From Nemertoderma westbladi (taxonomy: Eukaryota; Animalia; Xenacoelomorpha), in NCBI GenBank assembly GCA_032718475.1, contig JAUCBJ010000602.1, positions 11,707 through 75,706 of the forward strand: a stretch of 64,000 nucleotides of DNA, written 5' to 3'. Shown here piece after piece: positions 11,036 through 21,730 of the stretch; position 1 is the stretch's first letter, and each line of letters starts with the position of its first letter. A program made the translations under genes and the position numbers. Under the pieces are notes generated by a model. It was not told the DNA's origin and did no database searches. It was given only the letters and a program-made list of their open reading frames with translations.

Positions 11036-12638
11036 GTTCGTGTCAGCTGATTGTCACCCAACATTGTTATTAGGCCTGTTACCGGTACTCGCGTTATAGG
11101 TAGATCAGTAGATAGCCTGTTCCTGTTACCGGTACTCGCGTTATAGGTAGATCAGTAGATAACCTGCTACCGGTACTCGCGTTATAGGTAGATCAGTAGA
11201 TAACCTGTTCCTGTTACCGGTACTCGCGTTATAGGTAGATCAGTAGATAACCTGTTCCTGTTACCGGTACTCGCGTTATAGGTAGATCAGTAGATAACCT
11301 GTTCCTGTTACCGGTACTCGCGTTATAGGTAGATCAGTAGATAACCTGTTCCTGTTACCGGTACTCGCGTTATAGGTATATCAGTATATAACCTGTTCCT
11401 GTTACGGGTACTCGCGTTATAGGTAGATCAGTAAATAACCTGTTCCTGTTACCGGTACTCGCGTTATACAGTTATAGGTAGATCAGTAGATAAACTGTTC
11501 CTGTTACCGGTACTCGCGTTATAGGTAGATCAGTAGATAATCTGTTACCGGTACTCGCGTTATACAGTTATAGGTAGATCAGTAGATAAACTGTTCCTGT
11601 TACCGGTACTCGCGTTATAGGTAGATCAGTAAACAACCTGTTCCTGTTACCGGTACTCGCGTTATACAGTTATAGGTAGATCAGTAGATAACCTGTTCCT
11701 GTTACCGGTACTCGCGTTATAGGTAGATCAGTAGATAACCTGTTCCTGTTACCGGTACTCGCGTTATAGGTAGATCAGTAGATAATCTGTTCCTGTTACC
11801 GGTACTCGCGTTATATGTAGATCAGTATATAACCTGTTCCTGTTACCGGTACTCGCGTTATATGTAGATCATTATATAACCTGTTCCTGTTACCGGTACT
11901 CGCGTTATATGTAGATCAGTATATAACCTGTTCCTGTTACCGGTACTCGCGTTATATGTAGATCAGTAGATAACCTGTTCCTGTTACCGGTACTCGCGTT
12001 ATAGGTATATCAGTATATAACCTGTTCCTGTTACGGGTACTCGCGTTATAGGTAGATCAGTATATAACCTGTTCCTGTTACCGGTACTCGCGTTATATGT
12101 AGATCAGTAGATAACCTGTTCCTGTTACCGGTACTCGCGTTATAGGTATATCAGTAGATAACCTGTTCCTGTTACCGGTACTCGCGTTATAGGTATATCA
12201 GTATATAACCTGTTCCTGTTACCGGTACTCGCGTTATATGTAGATCAGTAGATAACCTGTTCCTGTTACCGGTACTCGCGTTATAGGTAGATCAGTAGAT
12301 AACCTGTTCCTGTTACCGGTACTCGCGTTATAGGTAGATCAGTAGATAAACTGTTCCTGCTACCGGTACTCGCGTTATAGGTAGATCAGTAGATAACCTG
12401 TTCCTGTTACCGGTACTCGCGTTATATGTAGATCAGTAGATAAACTGTTCCTGTTACCGGTACTCGCGTTATACAGTTATAGGTAGATCAGTAGATAAAC
12501 TGTTCCTGCTACCGGTACTCGCGTTATAGGTAGATCAGTAGATAACCTGTTCCTGTTACCGGTACTCGCGTTATAGGTAGATCAGTAGATAACCTGTTCC
12601 TGTTACCGGTACTCGCGTTATAGGTAGATCAGTAGATA

Positions 12639-14471
12639 CTACTACTACTAGGATCTGCATTGCAGCTGCATTTTTAAGAATGCTGTGCCGGCTTGTCAAC
12701 AAAATTGCACCGCCACAACTCCCTATCACCCATGACATTTGCTAGATCATCCGCATCTTTAAGGGCAGTGTCCTTTAAGATGCGTCTCAAGAAAGTCATG
12801 GGCTGTCCACCATGCTTATTCACTCCATGAGGCTGCCAAAGTACAAGATTATGCACTGGCTGGTCCTCACGGCGAAAGCAATGTCCTGCAAAGCGGAGGC
12901 GATTTTGTTCTAGTGTCAAGCTTGGGGGAACCAAAGAGACACCTCCAATGTTATATAGTGTCTGGTTGGAGATGTGTGCATTGTACTTGACACAATGTAC
13001 CCGGCGTAGCATTCTTGTGAATGTGCCATCCAGAGATTTGGTGTCCTCAGCAGTTAGAGCCCAGCATGGACTCCCGTAGAGGAGTACTGGAACTACTGCT
13101 GCTCTAAATAATCGGACCTTAAGTTTCCGATTAATTCTAGGTGACTTCCAAATCCTGGAAAGCCTATTCAAGGCTGCCCATGCCTTTCCCTTACGTATTC
13201 GAAGGTCCTCACCTGACTTCCGGATCCATGATCCCAGGTAACAGAAGTCGTCCACATGCTCAAGCATACCATCCTTTGAGCTTATGCTCATCCGATCAGA
13301 GACTTGCTGAGGACTTTCAAAGTTAACTGTCAGAATTTTGGTCTTTCTGGAGTTAATAAAAAGACCAACACTAGAAGCAGCATGTTCTAATGAGCTGAGG
13401 AGCCGCTGGGCTCCCTCTAATGATTCTGAGAGTACTCCTAAGTCATCAGCAAAGTCTAGATCAGTTAGGTACTTGGCAGGATTTCCTCGACTTCTGGAGC
13501 CAGTAGGTGGAGTTATCATCACCCCATCATCATTATAATGATCTAAGGACATGCGTAGAACATAGTCAACCACAATAATGAACAAGAATGGTGCAAGTGT
13601 GTCTCCTTGGAGGACGCCCCATAACACTTCAAATGGTTCTGTGTCACCGTCAACAGTAGACACAAATGTTGTCGAACCATCGTATACTGATCTGATTGCT
13701 GCAACAATTTCATCAGGAATCCCATATAATGAAAGTATGCTGAACATACGTGAGCGAGAGACTGAATCAAAGGCCTTGAAGAAGTCAACAAAGATAACAG
13801 CCAGATGCCTGTCTTTCTTTTTTGATAACTCTTCAATTATCCTTCTAAGTGCCAAAATGGGCTCCATAGTCCCACGACCTTTACGGAACCCATTCTGATT
13901 TCCACGTAGCAGTCTCTCAATGGGATCCCTGATGCGATTTAATAGAATTCTATTGTATAGTTTTGCAGCAATCGAGATCAATGAGATTCCCCGAAAAGAA
14001 CCATAGAGTGTTAGGTTGCCCTTCTTGGGAACTGGCACCAACTTATTTGTTTTCATTTCTTGTGGGACTCTTGTTGTACGGTACATGTCTACTATGATGG
14101 GATAGATGAGCTTTAAACACTCAGGTATTTTAAAGACCTCAGGGGGAACACCATCTACTCCACTGGCACGATTGGTCTTAATGCTCTTTGCAGCAGCCTT
14201 CACTTCTGCAAAGGAGATATCGCCAATGGGAATATCTGGGAGTACAGACTCAGACACTTTTACTTCTATAAAGTTATCAGGCAATACCCTGTCATTATTG
14301 AGGAGCTTTTCAAAGTGGGCTTTCCAACCATTGAGGCGATCGGCTGGTGATTCAGCCTTAACCTTGGTGGTTGGTTGGCTTTTCCGCCCAGTCAGCAGAT
14401 TGATCGATTTCCATGCCTGGGATGATTGCCTGCTGTCGTCAGCATCATTGATGGCATCAACCTGTTGGTTT
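12639..14471 (-). mobile_element. 5'-truncated non-LTR retrotransposon (RTE-like LINE)
   Basis: RT ORF; (TAG)n 3' tail (ctactactacta at 12639-12650); short 3' UTR; TSD AGTAGATA at 12631-12638 and 14472-14479. Confidence 0.9.
12674..14284 (-). CDS. Reverse transcriptase of RTE-like LINE (endonuclease domain missing by 5' truncation)
   Basis: Motifs PKKG..FRGISLIS, QNGFRKGR, DFFKAFDSV, GVLQGDTLAPFLF, DLDFADD, FCYLGS, RLRFAGH; 536 codons without a stop. Confidence 0.92.
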   Translation of the reverse strand: MPDNFIEVKVSESVLPDIPIGDISFAEVKAAAKSIKTNRASGVDGVPPEVFKIPECLKLIYPIIVDMYRTTRVPQEMKTNKLVPVPKKGNLTLYGSFRGISLISIAAKLYNRILLNRIRDPIERLLRGNQNGFRKGRGTMEPILALRRIIEELSKKKDRHLAVIFVDFFKAFDSVSRSRMFSILSLYGIPDEIVAAIRSVYDGSTTFVSTVDGDTEPFEVLWGVLQGDTLAPFLFIIVVDYVLRMSLDHYNDDGVMITPPTGSRSRGNPAKYLTDLDFADDLGVLSESLEGAQRLLSSLEHAASSVGLFINSRKTKILTVNFESPQQVSDRMSISSKDGMLEHVDDFCYLGSWIRKSGEDLRIRKGKAWAALNRLSRIWKSPRINRKLKVRLFRAAVVPVLLYGSPCWALTAEDTKSLDGTFTRMLRRVHCVKYNAHISNQTLYNIGGVSLVPPSLTLEQNRLRFAGHCFRREDQPVHNLVLWQPHGVNKHGGQPMTFLRRILKDTALKDADDLANVMGDRELWRCNFVDKPAQHS

Positions 14472-17400
14472 AGTAGATAACCTGTTCCTGTTACCGGTAC
14501 TCGCGTTATAGGTATATCAGTATATAACCTGTTCCTGTTACCGGTACTCGCGTTATATGTAGATCAGTAGATAACCTGTTCCTGTTACCGGTACTCGCGT
14601 TATAGGTAGATCAGTAGATAACCTGTTCCTGTTACCGGTACTCGCGTTATAGGTAGATCAGTAGATAAACTGTTCCTGCTACCGGTACTCGCGTTATAGG
14701 TAGATCAGTAGATAACCTGTTCCTGTTACCGGTACTCGCGTTATAGGTAGATCAGTAGATAAACTGTTCCTGTTACCGGTACTCGCGTTATAGGTAGATC
14801 AGTAGATAACCTGTTCCTGTTACCGGTACTCGCGTTATAGGTAGATCAGTAGATAAACTGTTCCTGTTACCGGTACTCGCGTTATATGTAGATCAGTAGA
14901 TAACCTGTTCCTGTTACCGGTACTCGCGTTATAGGTAGATCAGTAGATAACCTGTTCCTGTTACCGGTACTCGCGTTATATGTAGATCAGTAGATAACCT
15001 GTTCCTGTTACCGGTACTCGCGTTATAGGTATATCAGTATATAACCTGTTCCTGTTACGGGTACTCGCGTTATAGGTAGATCAGTAGATAACCTGTTCCT
15101 GTTACCGGTACTCGCGTTATATGTAGATCAGTAGATAACCTGTTCCTGTTACCGGTACTCGCGTTATAGGTATATCAGTAGATAACCTGTTCCTGTTGTT
15201 CCTGTTACCGGTACTCGCGTTATAGGTAGATCAGTAGATAAACTGTTCCTGCTACCGGTACTCGCGTTATAGGTAGATCAGTAGATAACCTGTTCCTGTT
15301 ACCGGTACTCGCGTTATAGGTAGATCAGTAGATAACCTGTTCCTGTTACCGGTACTCGCGTTATACAGTTATAGGTAGATCAGTAGATAAACTGTTCCTG
15401 CTACCGGTACTCGCGTTATATGTAGATCAGTAGATAACCTGTTCCTGTTACCGGTACTCGCGTTATAGGTATATCAGTATATAACCTGTTCCTGTTACGG
15501 GTACTCGCGTTATAGGTAGATCAGTAGATAACCTGTTCCTGTTACCGGTACTCGCGTTATAGGTAGATCAGTAGATAACCTGTTCCTGTTACCGGTACTC
15601 GCGTTATAGGTAGATCAGTAGATAACCTGTTCCTGTTACCGGTACTCGCGTTATAGGTATATCAGTATATAACCTGTTCCTGTTACCGGTACTCGCGTTA
15701 TATGTAGATCAGTAGATAACCTGTTCCTGTTACCGGTACTCGCGTTATAGGTAGATCAGTAGATAACCTGTTCCTGTTACCGGTACTCGCGTTATAGGTA
15801 GATCAGTAGATAAACTGTTCCTGCTACCGGTACTCGCGTTATAGGTAGATCAGTAGATAACCTGTTCCTGTTACCGGTACTCGCGTTATAGGTAGATCAG
15901 TAGATAAACTGTTCCTGTTACCGGTACTCGCGTTATAGGTAGATCAGTAGATAACCTGTTCCTGTTACCGGTACTCGCGTTATAGGTAGATCAGTAGATA
16001 AACTGTTCCTGTTACCGGTACTCGCGTTATATGTAGATCAGTAGATAACCTGTTCCTGTTACCGGTACTCGCGTTATAGGTAGATCAGTAGATAACCTGT
16101 TCCTGTTACCGGTACTCGCGTTATATGTAGATCAGTAGATAACCTGTTCCTGTTACCGGTACTCGCGTTATAGGTATATCAGTATATAACCTGTTCCTGT
16201 TACGGGTACTCGCGTTATAGGTAGATCAGTAGATAACCTGTTCCTGTTACCGGTACTCGCGTTATATGTAGATCAGTAGATAACCTGTTCCTGTTACCGG
16301 TACTCGCGTTATAGGTATATCAGTAGATAACCTGTTCCTGTTGTTCCTGTTACCGGTACTCGCGTTATAGGTAGATCAGTAGATAAACTGTTCCTGCTAC
16401 CGGTACTCGCGTTATAGGTAGATCAGTAGATAACCTGTTCCTGTTACCGGTACTCGCGTTATAGGTAGATCAGTAGATAACCTGTTCCTGTTACCGGTAC
16501 TCGCGTTATACAGTTATAGGTAGATCAGTAGATAAACTGTTCCTGCTACCGGTACTCGCGTTATAGGTAGATCAGTAGATAACCTGTTCCTTTTACCGGT
16601 ACTCGCGTTATAGGTAGATTAGTAGATAACCTGTTCCTGTTACCGGTACTCGCGTTATAGGTAGATCAGTAGATAACCTGTTCCTGTTACCGGTACTCGC
16701 GTTATAGGTAGATCAGTAGATAAACTGTTCCTGTTACCGGTACTCGCGTTCTACAGTTATAGGTAGATCAGTAGATAAACTGTTCCTGCTACCGGTACTC
16801 GCGTTATAGGTAGATCAGTAGATAACCTGTTCCTTTTACCGGTACTCGCGTTATAGGTAGATCAGTATATAACCTGTTCCTGCTACCGGTACTCGCGTTA
16901 TAGGTAGATCAGTAGATAAACTGTTCCTGTTACCTGTGCTCGCGTTATAGGTAGATCAGTAGATAAACTGTTCCTGTTACCGGTACTCGCGTTATAGGTA
17001 GATCAGTAGATAACCTGTTACCGGTACTCGCGTTATAGGTAGATCAGTATATAACCTGTTCCTGCTACCGGTACTCGCGTTATAGGTAGATCAGTAGATA
17101 AACTGTTCCTGTTACCTGTGCTCGCGTTATAGGTAGATCAGTAGATAAACTGTTCCTGTTACCGGTACTCGCGTTATAGGTAGATCAGTAGATAACCTGT
17201 TACCGGTACTCGCGTTATAGGTAGATCAGTAGATAAACTGTTCCTGTTACCGGTACTCGCGTTATAGGTAGATCCGTAGATAAACTGTTCCTGTTACCGG
17301 TACTCGCGTTATAGGTAGATCAGTAGATAAACTGTTCCTGTTACCTGTACTCGCGTTATAGGTAGATCAGTAGATAGACTGTTCCTGTTACCGGTACTCG

Positions 17401-18014
17401 CGTTATAGGTAGATCCGTAGATAAACTGTTCCTGTTACCGGTACTCGCGTTATAGGTAGATCAGTAGATAGACTGTTCCTGTTACCGGTACTCGCGTTAT
17501 AGGTAGATCCGTAGATAAACTGTTCCTGTTACCGGTACTCGCGTTATAGGTAGATCAGTAGATAGACTGTTCCTGTTACCGGTACTCGCGTTATAGGTAG
17601 ATCCGTAGATAAACTGTTCCTGTTACCGGTACTCGCGTTATAGGTAGATCCGTAGATAAACTGTTCCTGTTACCGGTACTCGCGTTATAGGTAGATCAGT
17701 AGATAGACTGTTCCTGTTACCGGTACTCGCGTTATAGGTAGATCAGTAGATAGACTGTTCCTGTTACCGGTACTCGCGTTATAGGTAGATCAGTAGATAA
17801 ACTGTTCCTGTTACCGGTACTCGCGTTATAGGTAGATCCGTAGATAAACTGTTCCTGTTACCGGTACTCGCGTTATAGGTAGATCAGTAGATAGACTGTT
17901 CCTGTTACCGGCACTCTGAATTTAAAACGCCTCACAATAAATATTACATTATCAATCTCCATTGATACTATCAGAGTGACATAAGTGAAACAAATATTAT
18001 TTATTTATTATCAG

Positions 18015-18179
18015 GGCACGACCTTGTCGATTGGTTGTACGAGCATGTGGATGGGTTCAACGATCGCAGAGACGCAAGGAAATACGCGGCCAACTTATTG
18101 AAATCCGGCCATATTCGGCACACAGTAAACAAACACACATTCAGTGAACAGTGCTATTACGTACTGTCCGACGTTGCAG
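18015..18179 (+). CDS. dvl: Dishevelled exon: DEP domain remainder ([55 protein letters not shown])
   Basis: atcAG at 18013-18014 and donor GTACGT at 18180; matches Dvl '[43 protein letters not shown]'. Confidence 0.95.
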
Positions 18180-21152
18180 GTACGTTGCGGTGCTATTACG
18201 TACTGTCCGACGTTGCAGGTACGTTGCGGTGCTATTACGTACTGTCCGACGTTGCAGGTACGTTACAGTGCTATTACGTACTGTCCGACGTTGCAGGCAG
18301 GTTCAGTCTACAGTGCTATTACGTACTGTCCGACGTTGCAGGTACGTTACAGTGCTATTACGTACTGTCCGACGTTGCAGGTACGTTACAGTGCTATTAC
18401 GTACTGTCCGACGTTGCAGGTACGTTACAGTGCTATTGCGTACTGTCCGACGTTGCAGGTACGTTACAGTGCTATTACGTACTGTCCGACGTTACAGGTA
18501 CGTTACAGTGCTATTACGTACTGTCCGACGTTACAGGTACGTTACAGTGCTATTACGTAATACGTACTGTCCGACGTTACAGGTACGTTACTGTGCTATT
18601 ACGTACTGTCCGACGTTATAGGTACGTTACAGTGCTATTACGTACTGTCCGACGTTACAGGTACGTTACAGTGCTATTACGTACTGTCCGACGTTACAGG
18701 TACGTTACAGTGCTATTACGTACTGTCCGACGTTACAGGTACGTTACAGTGCTATTACGTACTGTCCGACGTTACAGATACGTTACAGTGCTATTACGTA
18801 CTGTCCGACGTTACAGGTACGTTACAGTGCTATTACGTACTGTCCGACGTTACAGGTACGTTACAGTGCTATTACGTACTGTCCGACGTTACAGGTACGT
18901 TACAGTGCTATTACGTACTGTCCGACGTTACAGGTATGTTACAGTGCTATTACGTACTGTCCGACGTTACAGGTACGTTACAGTGCTATTACGTACTGTC
19001 CGACGTTACAGGTACGTTACAGTGCTATTACGTACTGTCCGACGTTACAGGTACGTTACAGTGCTATTACGTACTGTCCGACGTTACAGGTACGTTACAG
19101 TGCTATTACGTACTGTCCGACGTTACAGGTACGTTACAGTGCTATTACGTACTGTCCGACGTTACAGGTACGTTACAGTGCTATTACGTACTGTCCGACG
19201 TTACAGGTACGTTACAGTGCTATTACGTACTGTCCGACGTTGCAGGTACGTTACGTCTACAGTGCTATTACGTACTGTCCGACGTTACAGGTACGTTACA
19301 GTGCTATTACGTACTGTCCGACGTTACAGGTACGTTACAGTGCTACTACGTACTGTCCGACGTTACAGGTACGTTACAGTGCTATTACGTACTGTCCGAC
19401 GTTACAGGTACGTTACAGTGCTATTACGTACTGTCCGACGTTGCAGGTACGTTACGTCTACAGTGCTATTACGTACTGTCCGACGTTACAGGTACGTGAC
19501 AGTGCTATTACGTACTGTCCGACGTTACAGGTACGTTACAGTGCTATTACGTACTGTCCGACGTTGCAGGTACGTTACGTCTACAGTGCTATTACGTACT
19601 GTCCGACGTTACAGGTACGTTACAGTGCTATTACGTACTGTCCGACGTTGCAGGTACGTTACAGTGCTATTACGTACTGTCCGACGTTACAGGTACGTTA
19701 CAGTGCTATTACGTACTGTCCGACATTACAGGTACGTTACAGTGCTAGTACGTACTGTCGGACGTTGCAGGTACGTTACGTCTACAGTGCTATTACGTAC
19801 TGTCCGACGTTACAGGTACGTTACAGTGCTATTACGTACTGTCCGACGTTACAGGTACGTTACAGTGCTATTACGTACTGTCCGACGTTGCAGGTACGTT
19901 ACAGTGCTATTACGTACTGTCCGACGTTACAGGTACGTTACAGTGCTATTACGTACTGTCCGACGTTGCAGGTACGTTACGTCTACAGTGCTATTACGTA
20001 CTGTCCGACGTTACAGGTACGTTACAGTGCTATTACGTACTGTCCGACGTTACAGGTACGTTACAGTGCTATTACGTACTGTCCGACGTTGCAGGTACGT
20101 TACGTCTACAGTGCTATTACGTACTGTCCGACGTTACAGGTACGTTGCAGTGCTATTACGTGCTGTCCGACGTTATAGGTACGTTACAGTGCTATTACGT
20201 ACTGTCCGACGTTACAGGTACGTTACAGTGCTATTACGTACTGTCCGACGTTACAGGTACGTTACAGTGCTATTACGTACTGTCCGACGTTACAGGTACG
20301 TTACAGTGCTATTACGTACTGTCCGACGTTGCAGGTACGTTACGTCTACAGTGCTATTACGTACTGTTCGACGTTACAGGTACGTTACAGTGCTATTACG
20401 TACTGTCCGACGTTACAGGTACGTTACAGTGCTATTACGTACTGTCCGACGTTACAGGTACGTTACAGTGCTATTACGTACTGTCCGACGTTACAGGTAC
20501 GTTACAGTGCTATTACGTACTGTCCGACGTTACAGGTACGTTACAGTGCTATTACGTACTGTCCGACGTTGCAGGTACGTTACGTCTACAGTGCTATTAC
20601 GTACTGTCCGACGATACAGGTACGTTACAGTGCTATTACGTACTGTCCGACGTTGCAGGCAGGTTACGTCTACAGTGCTATCACGTACTGTCCGACGTAC
20701 TGTCCGACGTTACAGGTACGTTACAGTGCTATTACGTACTGTCCGACGTTACAGGTACGTTACAGTGCTATTACGTACTGTCCTACGTTACAGGTACGTT
20801 ACAGTGCTATTACGTACTGTCCGACGTTGCAGGTACGTTACGTCTACAGTGCTATTACGTACTGTCCGACGTTGCAGGTACGTTACGTACTGTCCGACGT
20901 TGCAGGCAGGTTACGTCTACAGTGCTATTACGTACTGTCCGACGTTACAGGTACGTTACAGTGCTATTACGTTCTGTCCGACGTTACAGGTACGTTACAG
21001 TGCTATTACGTATTCTCCGACGTTGCAGGTACGTTACAGTGCTATTACGTACCGTCTGACGTTACAGGTACGTTACAGTGCTATTACGTACTGTCCGACG
21101 TTACAGGTACGTTACAGTGCTATTACGTACTGTCCGACGTTACAGGTACGTT
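18149..21152 (+). repeat. 39-bp minisatellite (~75 units); unit = last 31 nt of the DEP exon plus the 5' splice site
   Basis: Unit CAGTGCTATTACGTACTGTCCGACGTT(G/A)CAG|GTACGTTA; the first unit is the exon end itself; some 44-bp variants. Confidence 0.95.
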
Positions 21153-21347
21153 ATGTCTTAGGTGGAACTAGTTTGATTGTTTATGGATTGGATCAGTGGG
21201 TTTACTGTTTTGGTCGGTTGGATTACTCTTTGAGTCGTGGGGTTACTGCTTGGCTCTGTGTGGGTTTACTATTTTGGAAGGCTATAACGTTTTAATTACA
21301 AAATATCTATCAAAATAATCTCAATCATTCTCAATAAACTCGTTTAG

Positions 21348-21455
21348 GTCATATGGGGGATCTCTCATTGGCCGGTGGTATGGAGCAATCGGGCGATCAT
21401 ATGGACAACCTGCCTCAACTTCCTCCACAGTACGGCTGGGCACCAAATTATGCAA
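21348..21455 (+). CDS. dvl: Dishevelled exon after DEP (GHMGDLSLAGGMEQSGDHMDNLPQLPPQYGWAPNYA)
   Basis: tttAG at 21346-21347 and donor GTAAGT at 21456; 108 nt, phase 1/1; loosely like Dvl 'DQDTLAPLP...PW'. Confidence 0.8.
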
Positions 21456-21553
21456 GTAAGTGAAAAGCGGTTTCTGATTTTTGGTAAATACATCCAACAA
21501 AATGACGGTATATTTATATAGCGTTATAATTAATTACAACATTATAATTACAG

Positions 21554-21730
21554 CGGCCCATTACTACCAACCCCATTCTGCCGGATACTCCAGCTACGCA
21601 GTTGACTATGGCGATATCGACAGCTGTTCCACCAATACTTACAACTCTGTACCACAAGAGCAGTATGGTGGTACACGGGAAAGGGACACAAAGGGCACAG
21701 GCAGAAGTCACCACTCTGTAGATAGTGCTG
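21554..21730 (+). CDS. dvl: Dishevelled C-terminal region exon (TAHYYQPHSAGY...GRSHHSVDSA)
   Basis: tacAG at 21552-21553 and donor GTTAGT at 21731; 177 nt, open in the continuing frame. Confidence 0.78.

Larger units (their letters stand above)
11074..17915 (+). repeat. 47-bp intronic minisatellite (~105 units), interrupted by a LINE at 12639-14471
   Basis: Unit AACCTGTTCCTGTTACCGGTACTCGCGTTATAGGTAGATCAGTAGAT on both sides of the LINE. Confidence 0.95.

Noticed and set aside
18035-21295. 1086-aa ORF as a single protein
   Set aside because: Only 18015-18179 is Dvl DEP. The remainder is the 39-bp array read through changing frames.
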